A stretch of DNA of 24,691 nucleotides, from the NCBI GenBank assembly GCA_036170655.1, contig JAVHPP010000182.1:1-24691 (forward strand). Direction: 5' to 3'. The notes under the pieces are model-generated. The model searched no databases and had not been told where the DNA came from. It was given only the letters and a program-made list of their open reading frames with translations. Positions 1-7,330 of the stretch are shown piece by piece (the stretch's first letter is position 1; each line of letters begins with the position of its first letter). Made by a program: the position numbers and the translations under genes. The stretch is from Candidatus Zixiibacteriota bacterium. Its GTDB lineage: Bacteria; Zixibacteria; MSB-5A5; WJJR01.

Positions 1-303
1 TCTGCCTCCGTTGGGATTTCTGACAATGCCGGTCATGCGGTGGCGAGAACAGTGAGCTTCACAGCTCTGAATTGCTCCTGCCCGCACCAGGGCAACATCA
101 ACGGCGACGCATCCATCAACGTGCTGGATGTCGTTGCCGTCATCAACTGCGTGTTCAATGGGGCCGCACCCGTGCAGGATCCGTCCTGCCCGAAGGAGAG
201 AGCCGATTTCAACGCCGACGGTGCGGTCAACGTGCTGGACGTCGTAGACGAGATCAGCCATGTGTTCGAAGGCGGTCCGTTGCCAGTCAATCCGTGCCCG
301 TAG
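1..303 (+). CDS. C-terminal fragment of a probably secreted protein ending in a Cys-flanked dockerin-like domain (5' end outside the window)
   Basis: Frame is open from base 1 to TAG at 301-303. It ends CSCPHQGNINGDASINVLDVV...CPKERADFNADGAVNVLDVVDEISHVFEGGPLPVNPCP, with two duplicated D/N-x-N-x-D-G/A...D calcium-loop segments typical of dockerins. Confidence 0.85.
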   Translation, partial: SASVGISDNAGHAVARTVSFTALNCSCPHQGNINGDASINVLDVVAVINCVFNGAAPVQDPSCPKERADFNADGAVNVLDVVDEISHVFEGGPLPVNPCP

Positions 304-328
304 CGGTGTGGTTCTTGTGTTGAACAGA

Positions 329-360
329 CAGGGGCGTCGTCAGGCGCCCCTGCTTATTTT
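329..360 (+). terminator. Intrinsic terminator
   Basis: Stem-loop CAGGGGCGTC-gtca-GGCGCCCCTG followed by CTTATTTT, just after the dockerin gene stop. Confidence 0.7.
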
Positions 361-373
361 GGAGTTTGAGGTT

Positions 374-871
374 CTAAGCCGCAAGCCAGCGTTCGATCTG
401 CCGGCGGTGACGGAGGATGTGCACGATGGCATGCTCCAGCAGTTGTTCGAGATCGTAGTGCTGGCCCCACCGCGTGATCAGGGTCACCTTCTCCAAATCC
501 TCGTCGACGCTGGCTTTGATGGGTTCCAGAACCCCGGCCATGCGACCGAAGGCCTCCCAGACGGCATCGATTGCCTCATTGGGCGTGTCGTATCGAAAGT
601 CGTGGGCACGTCGTCCACCAACCCCAGACGGGCTGGTGGCATCGTCGACGTAATCAACGTAGGCATGCGCAGCTCCGGTGACATGGAACATGATAGAGCG
701 AATGTCGGCAAACGTGTCGTCACTGAGCTTGGTCGAGGTCCGATACTGATCTTGGGACAACGCACATACGAGCCGCTCGAGGTCAGCAATCGCCCGCGCA
801 TATTCGTCGAGGATCGCGCGCAGGGCAGCAGAGTAGCCGACCCAGCGGTCAGAGGTGGGGCGTGTGGACAT
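374..871 (-). CDS. DinB/YfiT-family four-helix-bundle protein
   Basis: 165 aa with IRSIMFHV and a C-terminal LEHAIVHILRHRRQI His motif typical of the DinB superfamily. Confidence 0.8.
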   Translation of the reverse strand: MSTRPTSDRWVGYSAALRAILDEYARAIADLERLVCALSQDQYRTSTKLSDDTFADIRSIMFHVTGAAHAYVDYVDDATSPSGVGGRRAHDFRYDTPNEAIDAVWEAFGRMAGVLEPIKASVDEDLEKVTLITRWGQHYDLEQLLEHAIVHILRHRRQIERWLAA

Positions 872-900
872 GGCCTGTTCCCCCGGAACATCTCAGAAGG

Positions 901-930
901 CACGCCCCCACTCAGGAGAGCGGGGGCGTG
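901..930 (-). terminator. Stem-loop, likely terminator or stabiliser downstream of the TRL-like gene
   Basis: Minus strand CACGCCCCCGCTC-tcct-GAGTGGGGGCGTG, a 13-bp stem with one G-U pair; only a weak U tract (CCTTCT). Confidence 0.5.
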
Positions 931-965
931 GGTAAATCAATCGTTCAATCTTGTACAGAACCGGC

Positions 966-1286
966 TTACTCGCCGTAGACCTTGATCGTGAACTTCGCCC
1001 AGATCCCCAGGATGCTCTGACTGTAATAGTCGACATGGTGGATCTTGGTGATACCCGCGTTCTTGGCCGCTGTCGATATGCTGGCGTCGCCTGTGGCCAC
1101 CCAGCCCAAGATCGACTGGGCGGATGCCACGCCGACTTTGGAGTTTCCACTGTTGCTGGTCGCCGCCAAACCTCCCTGGACATCCGTGTAGATGAAACCG
1201 GTCACCGGCGCTGCCGACATGGCGCAGCCGCCAACAGCCAGTGCCAGAAGCGCGATGGCTACGAGCTGGACTGACTTCTTCCTCAT
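966..1286 (-). CDS. TRL-like family lipoprotein
   Basis: Start MRKKSVQLVAIALLALAVGG-C (lipobox-like) after SD AAGGAGG. The pattern G-A-SILGWVATGDASI-A-K-AGITKIHHVDY...TIKVYGE matches TRL-like (PF13146) proteins as I recall them. Confidence 0.8.
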   Translation of the reverse strand: MRKKSVQLVAIALLALAVGGCAMSAAPVTGFIYTDVQGGLAATSNSGNSKVGVASAQSILGWVATGDASISTAAKNAGITKIHHVDYYSQSILGIWAKFTIKVYGE

Positions 1287-1418
1287 CTTCTTCCCTCCTT
1301 TGGTGGTTGATGTGTGTTCTTTGCCATTTTTCACGTCTCAACGGGGGCAAAGGCACGCAGAAGCGGTGTTGTTGTCAAGGAAAGATTTTGGAGCGGTTTT
1401 GGTATGGTGGGATTCGGG

Positions 1419-1454
1419 TCAATGGACATTATGGACATCGTGAACGTCGTGGAC
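1419..1454. repeat. Four degenerate 9-bp tandem units forming the MFS 3' end
   Basis: TCAATGGAC ATTATGGAC ATCGTGAAC GTCGTGGAC; encodes VHDVHDVHNVH-stop on the minus strand. Confidence 0.65.
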
Positions 1455-2648
1455 GGCGAACCAGATCGTGCCCGCCACGCCGAAGGCTGCCGCAGTCAAG
1501 AGATTCACCGCCGGACTCATCTGCCAGAGGAAGGCGCCACCAAAAGCGGCCACCGAGACGATGACATCACGGACCAGATAATAGAGGCCAAACATGGCCG
1601 CCTTGCGGTCTTCGGGCGCCAGATCCATAATGAGCGCCTTGCGCGTGGGTTCGCCGAATTCCTTCAGACCCCGCAGCACAAACGCGGCGGCCAGTACGCC
1701 AAAGGACCGGCTGAACCACAGGGCGGCGGGGAAGAGAGTGAAGAACACGAAGGTCATCAACACAAACGGCTTTTTTGTGCTGCGATCGGCCAGGTACGCG
1801 ACCGGGATATACACCAGCATCGCGGTCACCATCTCCACGGTTGTCAACAGGCCAAACTGGAATGCCGTTACCGGATGAGCAATGACCTTCATGCACCAGA
1901 TAACGGTAAAGGCATAGGGGATCTGCTCGCAGAAGCGGATGAGGATGTCCGACACGAGGAGATTTTTCAGCGGCGGCGCCATCTGACGCCACAGGCCCAG
2001 AGGGTTGAACTCGGCCCGCCGGGTCAGGGTCGGCTTTGAGCCGTCACCGGGTGTGTCGTCCTCGATCAAACGCTGCTGCAAAATCAGAGCGACCGCCGCC
2101 ATCACGAGGGCCGCGACAAATGCCAGGCGCACGCCATCGCGTTCTCCCCAAAGGCCGATAAACGCGCCGCCGACCAAGGGACCGAGCGACATCGGGATGC
2201 GCCGGACAAGCGAATGCATCGAGACACCCATGGTCCGCTTGTTCGGCGGAAGAATTCTTGCGACCAGACCCATAGTGGCCGGAAGCGAGATCGCCGTCCA
2301 CGACAGGAAGAGAAACGAACCCAAGATGACCGCCACCCAGGAGGGAATGAGAATCACCACAATGAAGCCGGCCATCGCCAGGAGGTTGAAGATCAGGAGA
2401 GCGCGTTTCGTCCCCAGCCGGTCGGCGAGGTACCCACCGGGAAAGGAGTAGAGCGCGGAGAGGAGATTGTCGAGGCCATTGAGCAGCCCCACCGACAGAA
2501 TCCCGCCGCCGAGCGCAAGCAGGTAGATCGGCAGGAAGCGCTCGGCCATCTTCTCCCCCATCCCGACCAGGATGACCATGCCGAGCAGGCCGACCATGCT
2601 GCGGCGGAGACCAAGGAAAGAGGACATTCGACGGAAACCACCACCCAT
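1419..2648 (-). CDS. MFS transporter
   Basis: 409 aa with about 12 hydrophobic segments and MFS loop motifs GGYLADRLGTK and AYLADRSTKK. Confidence 0.9.
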   Translation of the reverse strand: MGGGFRRMSSFLGLRRSMVGLLGMVILVGMGEKMAERFLPIYLLALGGGILSVGLLNGLDNLLSALYSFPGGYLADRLGTKRALLIFNLLAMAGFIVVILIPSWVAVILGSFLFLSWTAISLPATMGLVARILPPNKRTMGVSMHSLVRRIPMSLGPLVGGAFIGLWGERDGVRLAFVAALVMAAVALILQQRLIEDDTPGDGSKPTLTRRAEFNPLGLWRQMAPPLKNLLVSDILIRFCEQIPYAFTVIWCMKVIAHPVTAFQFGLLTTVEMVTAMLVYIPVAYLADRSTKKPFVLMTFVFFTLFPAALWFSRSFGVLAAAFVLRGLKEFGEPTRKALIMDLAPEDRKAAMFGLYYLVRDVIVSVAAFGGAFLWQMSPAVNLLTAAAFGVAGTIWFAVHDVHDVHNVH

Positions 2649-2750
2649 GGTAAGCGATGAACACTATAGAGCAATTGTCACGCAAGCGTGATCTTATAGC
2701 CGTCATTGGACCCTGAGAAACAACCTTATCAGACCCGCAGGTGAGACTAT

Positions 2751-2944
2751 GTAGGGGCACGGCTTGCCGTGCCCGCTTGCCGTGCCCGCTTGCCGTGCCC
2801 GCTTGCCGTGCCCGCTTGCCATGCCCGCCTGCCGTGCCCGTTCCAGCTGGCTGACCGGGAAGAAAGGCCGTGCATCGAGGTTGGGCAACGTGCAGCGATT
2901 CTTGCCGCGCACAGGAAAACGGGCACGGTGAGCCGTGCCCCTAC
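2751..2944. repeat. REP family A inverted pair (REPIN-like) containing a 6x13-bp tandem amplification
   Basis: GTAGGGGCACGGCTTGCCGTGCCC at 2751, GCTTGCCGTGCCC x6 at 2762-2839, and the inverted partner GGGCACGGTGAGCCGTGCCCCTAC at 2921-2944. Confidence 0.85.
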
Positions 2945-2958
2945 AGACCCCATCAGTA

Positions 2959-4347
2959 TCAGAAATCCAGCCGAAGACTTGCCGAAGGCATCATGCGACC
3001 GGCATGAGAAGGATCGGGAGCCAGCGTGAATTGCGGCGTCAGTGCCCACTGCGTGCGCCCGTCCGCTGGGGAAGCAGATGCAAGATCCTTTCCCCGATCG
3101 TAGTTGCGGGTCATGTTCACCCCGGCGACCAGACCGCCGATGCTGCCGAGTCCGGCGATGGCCATGGCCGCTCTGCCGGAATTGACCTGAGCCAGAACAT
3201 CGACACCAAATCCGGCCACTGTACCCACGTACCCCATGAGGCTGATGACTCGCACGCGTGCCTGGCTCATCCGGGCGTTCCGCGCCGCGACGCCGGTGGC
3301 CAGTACCAGCACATCGCTGCCGATCAATGCGGCGCGCAGCAGGTTGTCATCATTAGCGCCGCCAACAGCGCCAGCGGTGACACCGAACCATGTCCCCCAA
3401 TTCATGGCAGAACTTGTGAGGGCCCCGTGACCTTCAGAGAAGTAAACATTGTGCGTCAGGATCGCCGCCGTAGTGATTCCCGCCAGACCTCCGAGAAGAC
3501 CCGCGCCAGTGACTTCGTTGCCACTCCTGTTACTGAGTCCCGCCCAGCCGAAACCCTGCCAAGTACCAAGATGGCCCCCCAGCCGAATGATCGAGGACCT
3601 TCCCCGGCCCATGGAAGCGTCCTTGGTCAGATGGAGCGTCAACACCAGTGACGCAGGAGCGCCGGTCAGGAGGCCCAGCGCGTACCACTCGGACGCTTTG
3701 GCCTTGAGGGTGATTGGAATCGCCAATCCCGCCCAGACTCCGTAGTACCCTGAGAAAATGAGAAGATCGGTGCGGCCACTCTGGTCAAGGAGTCCTCCGG
3801 GGAGAAACAGAGCCCTTTTCGTCTCGGCAAGCCGGGTGATGTCGGCGCGTATCGCTGCGGCCTCGCTGGCGGCCGGACGGGATGGGAACTCGGCCAATAG
3901 ATCGTCGAGAAGCGCACGACTGAGGTCATAGCGGCCGCGCGAGGCATATTTCAGCGCCAGCCGATACTGGGTTTCCGGTTCGTACTCAGTCTCCGGCATT
4001 GGGAGCGCATTCCGTCGGCGAAAGGCCTCGACTATGGCCACGTGGGCTTTCGTGAGTTCCCAGGTCGCAACCGAGATGCGCCTGCTGTTCACACGTTCTT
4101 TCTCGCTCAGAGTCCGATACGTGTACTCCATGCGATAGGCCGTTCCATCCTTCGTGTAAAAGCGCGCCGACACGAAGCGTTCGACGTCGGGGAATAAGTG
4201 ATAGGCATCTTTTTGCGACGTGCCGATTTCGACGCCAAGCGAATCACTCAACGCCACGGGCTGCCACTCTTGAGGCTGGGCCAGTGTGCGGGACACTGGC
4301 AAAAACGCGAGGACAACGAGTACGACGATAACGTTACGCCAGATCAT
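2959..4347 (-). CDS. Hypothetical exported/membrane protein: signal peptide, TPR-like helix pair, Gly-rich hydrophobic helices, C-terminal Phe
   Basis: Start MIWRNVIVVLVVLAFLPVSRTLA after GAGG. TPR-like segment YRLALKYASRGRYDLSRALLDDLLAEFPSRPAASEA, about 8 Gly/Ala-rich hydrophobic segments, ends SASLRLDF. Confidence 0.7.
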   Translation of the reverse strand: MIWRNVIVVLVVLAFLPVSRTLAQPQEWQPVALSDSLGVEIGTSQKDAYHLFPDVERFVSARFYTKDGTAYRMEYTYRTLSEKERVNSRRISVATWELTKAHVAIVEAFRRRNALPMPETEYEPETQYRLALKYASRGRYDLSRALLDDLLAEFPSRPAASEAAAIRADITRLAETKRALFLPGGLLDQSGRTDLLIFSGYYGVWAGLAIPITLKAKASEWYALGLLTGAPASLVLTLHLTKDASMGRGRSSIIRLGGHLGTWQGFGWAGLSNRSGNEVTGAGLLGGLAGITTAAILTHNVYFSEGHGALTSSAMNWGTWFGVTAGAVGGANDDNLLRAALIGSDVLVLATGVAARNARMSQARVRVISLMGYVGTVAGFGVDVLAQVNSGRAAMAIAGLGSIGGLVAGVNMTRNYDRGKDLASASPADGRTQWALTPQFTLAPDPSHAGRMMPSASLRLDF

Positions 4348-4504
4348 CGGAACCTCGTTGGCAATATATATTTTGACGGAATTGATCAATCAATAAAAAT
4401 CGCATTGCAAGGCGATCGGGGCTTGCCGCCAGAGACCGGTTTTGCCACATTGGCGACATGATGTCATTTGCGCCTTGGGCATCAGCACAAGGGACATGAC
4501 GTTG

Positions 4505-4627
4505 GGGCGTGTTGAAAAAGTGCCCAGACAGGAGTGTCTGGGCCACTAGGAGAAAGGCAAGCCCATGTGCACCAGTGGCGCGGACACTCTTGTCCGCGCT
4601 CACAACAGGGTTTTTTTCAACAGGCCC
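4505..4627. mobile_element. 123-bp MITE-like element with 15-bp terminal inverted repeats, a 4-bp flanking direct repeat and an internal REP pair
   Basis: Left end GGGCGTGTTGAAAAA (4505-4519) and right end TTTTTCAACAGGCCC (4613-4627) are 14/15 complementary. GTTG lies at both 4501-4504 and 4628-4631. Internal palindromes: GCCCAGACAGGAGTGTCTGGGCCAC (4522-4546) and GTGGCGCGGACACTCTTGTCCGCGC (4575-4599). Confidence 0.7.
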
Positions 4628-4645
4628 GTTGCAGATGGTATGGTA

Positions 4646-5524
4646 ATGAATTACGTCATTCATACCAGTGTGCGCCGACCCAAGAGGTTGCCGTTTGGGA
4701 TTCATGCGGGGATGTTGCTTGCGTTGCTCCAGACGGGAACGGCAGCGGGCCAAAATGGCAGCTGGTCGGTCATCGACGATGGCCTGGAGCTGGGACATTT
4801 CCAGGCGCGGAGAGAATGTGTCGCTGGTGATTCCACAATCACGGTATTGCGCATCGACCCCGCGCGATACTCGTTCCTGCTCCTGAACGCTTCGGCGCCG
4901 GGGAATGGGTCTTCTCTCACGGCCCGGGAATGGTGCACCCGATCCGGGGCCGTGGCGGCGATCAACGCCAGCATGTATCAGGGTGATTTCAAGACCAGTG
5001 TCGCGCTGATGCAGACTGCCACACATGTCAACAACAAGAAGCTCACCAGCGACAATGCGGTCATGGCTTTTGATCGTCGGGATACGACGGTTCCGCCTGT
5101 CCAGATCGTGGACCGGACCTGCCAGGATTTTGCGTCGTTGAAGCAACACTATCGAACGCTGGTGCAGAACATCCGCATGGTATCATGCCATCAAACCAAT
5201 GTCTGGTCGCAACAACCCAAGAGATGGAGCGCCGCGGCCATCGGGACAGACACGAAGGGCCGCGTCCTGTTCATCCACTGCCGGTCGGCGTATTCGGTTC
5301 ACGATTTGACCGGCATTCTCCTGGGACTGCCGATCGGCCTGTACAACGCCATGTATGTGGAAGGGGGACCGGAGGCCCAGATCTATGTGAACACGGGGGG
5401 GCATGAGATCGAGCTGGTGGGAAGCTACGAGACGGGTTTTTTCGAAGATGACAGCAACTCCCACGCCTGGCCGGTTCCCAACGTGATCGCCGTGGTCAGA
5501 CGGGGTAATGAACAACGTCATTAG
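4646..5524 (+). CDS. Phosphodiester glycosidase (NAGPA/DUF2233-like) family exported protein
   Basis: Motifs VLRIDP, AAINASMY, SAAAIGTD-GRVLFIH and AMYVEGG. The ORF-track start (4565) lies inside the MITE; the true start is probably ATG 4640/4646 or GTG 4670 (MRRPKRLPFGIHAGMLLALLQTGTAAG is signal-like). Confidence 0.75.
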   Translation: MNYVIHTSVRRPKRLPFGIHAGMLLALLQTGTAAGQNGSWSVIDDGLELGHFQARRECVAGDSTITVLRIDPARYSFLLLNASAPGNGSSLTAREWCTRSGAVAAINASMYQGDFKTSVALMQTATHVNNKKLTSDNAVMAFDRRDTTVPPVQIVDRTCQDFASLKQHYRTLVQNIRMVSCHQTNVWSQQPKRWSAAAIGTDTKGRVLFIHCRSAYSVHDLTGILLGLPIGLYNAMYVEGGPEAQIYVNTGGHEIELVGSYETGFFEDDSNSHAWPVPNVIAVVRRGNEQRH

Positions 5525-5612
5525 AACTGAGGTTCCGGGTCACCAGACAGGGAACAGGCGAGACGCCCGTGGTACCGGGGTTCGATTCCGGCAGAAACCT
5601 TCGTCGCGACCC

Positions 5613-5640
5613 TTGACGCCGGGCCGGGTTTGCATAGATT
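5613..5640 (+). promoter_or_regulatory. Putative sigma-70 promoter for the Ig/dockerin gene
   Basis: TTGACG-N16-TAGATT about 60 bp upstream of the ATG at 5699. Confidence 0.4.
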
Positions 5641-5698
5641 GATGGGACAGGTTAGGTCTTACAGCAAAGCCTGAACCGGGCGTCAGGTGGGAGGGGAC

Positions 5699-6934
5699 AT
5701 GAGAAGGACATGGGAAGGTCTGCTCATCGCATGTGTTTTCGTATCGCTTGGCAGTGTCGCCACGGCGCAAACAGTCCCCCCCGGGGGACTGGCGGTTTTG
5801 CAGCCCGACACCAATTTCAGCGTCCCCGTCGCGAGGGACACATCGTATATCAGCGCAGAAGATGCGCTGATACTTGGGAAACTCCCCGCGCGCGACGCTG
5901 AGAATAACCCGCTATTCTATCGTGTCGAAAGCGGACCGTCACATGGATCGGTTGATCTCGACACCGCGACCGGCAACTTTACCTATTCTCCGGATTACAA
6001 CTACAACGGCCCCGATTCGCTGAAGTTCACCGCACGTAACAGTGGCTTCACGTCGAATGTGGGAACCGCGCGGTTCACGATCACACCGGTTAATGATCCT
6101 CCCGCGGTCTTGTCGGACACAGCCACGACACCGGAAGACATGCCGGTGGTGATCAATGTGCTCGCCAACGACTACGATCCCGAGAGCGCGATCGATCCGA
6201 CGACGGTCGTAGTGGTCGGCGGGCCCAGCGGCCCCAACCACGGCAGCGTCGGCATCAATCCGGTTACCGGGGAAGTGACCTACACACCAGCGCCAAATTA
6301 TTTTGGCAACGATCAGTTTGCCTACCGGGTCAAGGATGATAGCGGCGCCATTTCACCCCCCACCCTGGTCAAAATCAAAGTGCTCAGCATCAATGATCCG
6401 CCGGTGGCGAATGATGATTCCGGTATCGCCAACGAAGATCACCCGGTGACGGTCGATGTGGTCATCAACGACACCGATCTCGACGGGGTGATCGATCCCA
6501 CGAGCGTCGTGGTGACCGTCGGGCCACCCAATGGCATGACCAGCGTGAACCCGGTCACCGGCGCCATCACTTACACGCCAATTCTTCATTTCACCGGAAC
6601 GGACGCCTTCTTCTATACGGTGGAAGATGACAGCAGCGCCGTTTCCAACCCCGGCAAAGTGACAATCACCGTCAACGCCTGCGGCTGCGCCTGCCATGGC
6701 GATCCGGTCTGCGACGGGTTCCGGAACATTCTGGATGTCCAAGAAACGATCAACGAAGTCTTTCTGGGTTCCAGTTTGGTCAAAGGGCCGACTTGTCCCG
6801 AGCGCGCGCGTGTGGATTACAACTGCGACTGCATTCCCGATGTGCTCGACGTTCAATACATCATCGAGCATGTTTTCCAGGCCGGCCCGGCGCCGTGTGA
6901 TCCGTGCGTCTTCGGCAGCGAGTGTCCTCGCTGA
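5699..6934 (+). CDS. Secreted protein with three Ig-like/cadherin-like (Big_9, tandem-95-type) repeats and a C-terminal dockerin-like domain
   Basis: SD GGAGGGG and signal peptide MRRTWEGLLIACVFVSLGSVATA. Three repeats of ED..V.I.V..ND.D...P..G.V......G..TYTP..NY.G.D.F.Y...VNDPP. C-terminus CGCACHGDPVCDG...NILDV...CPERARVDYNCDCIPDVLDV...PCDPC. Confidence 0.85.
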   Translation: MRRTWEGLLIACVFVSLGSVATAQTVPPGGLAVLQPDTNFSVPVARDTSYISAEDALILGKLPARDAENNPLFYRVESGPSHGSVDLDTATGNFTYSPDYNYNGPDSLKFTARNSGFTSNVGTARFTITPVNDPPAVLSDTATTPEDMPVVINVLANDYDPESAIDPTTVVVVGGPSGPNHGSVGINPVTGEVTYTPAPNYFGNDQFAYRVKDDSGAISPPTLVKIKVLSINDPPVANDDSGIANEDHPVTVDVVINDTDLDGVIDPTSVVVTVGPPNGMTSVNPVTGAITYTPILHFTGTDAFFYTVEDDSSAVSNPGKVTITVNACGCACHGDPVCDGFRNILDVQETINEVFLGSSLVKGPTCPERARVDYNCDCIPDVLDVQYIIEHVFQAGPAPCDPCVFGSECPR

Positions 6935-7026
6935 GCGCCGATCGTGGGCTGGCGCAGCAGGTCAGGAGCATGGGGACGCTGACCCATCTGACCCGGAACC
7001 GCACCTCAGGATGTCTCCCTCCCAAA

Positions 7027-7140
7027 GGGCCTGTTGAAAAGGCCCTGCACATGAGAGGCCACGGAGCAGACGTGACCTCTTTTGGGGAGGGTGAGCCTTT
7101 TCTTCCATGACGCGCAAAGTGGCTCGGCAGTAGCCTCGCC
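7027..7140. repeat. Solo MITE-type end followed by a degenerate REP family B pair
   Basis: GGGCCTGTTGAAAAG at 7027, truncated GGGAGGGTGAGCC at 7085, and GGCTCGGCAGTAGCCTCGCC at 7121-7140. Confidence 0.55.
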
Positions 7141-7174
7141 GCAGAACATCCACGTTCCACTGAATTGGTCAGTC

Positions 7175-7240
7175 GGTATGAGTTTCAAACCCGCCCTGCC
7201 TCTTTACAAGGTTAAGGGCGGGTCTGGGACCCGCCCCCAC
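7175..7240. repeat. Degenerate REP family D pair (GGGCGGGT...ACCCGCCC)
   Basis: GGTATGAGTTTCAAACCCGCCCT and AGGGCGGGTCTGGGACCCGCCCCCAC. Confidence 0.5.
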
Positions 7241-7325
7241 AAAAACCAGATGCGATCCCGACCCGTTACAAAGACCAGATACGATTCCAGTCATTGACAC
7301 GGGCCACATTCGATCCCGGTCCCGG
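7239..7325. repeat. Three contiguous degenerate 29-bp direct repeats
   Basis: ACAAAAACCAGATGCGATCCCGACCCGTT / ACAAAGACCAGATACGATTCCAGTCATTG / ACACGGGCCACATTCGATCCCGGTCCCGG. Confidence 0.65.
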
Positions 7326-7330
7326 GTATA

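Noticed and set aside
2762..2839. 13-bp repeat array (and the 29-bp array at 7239-7325) as a CRISPR array
   Set aside because: The units are contiguous with no unique spacers, and there are no cas genes in the window.
4565..4645. N-terminal extension of the phosphodiester glycosidase ORF
   Set aside because: It lies inside or at the edge of the MITE/REP element; the signal-peptide-like region starts later.
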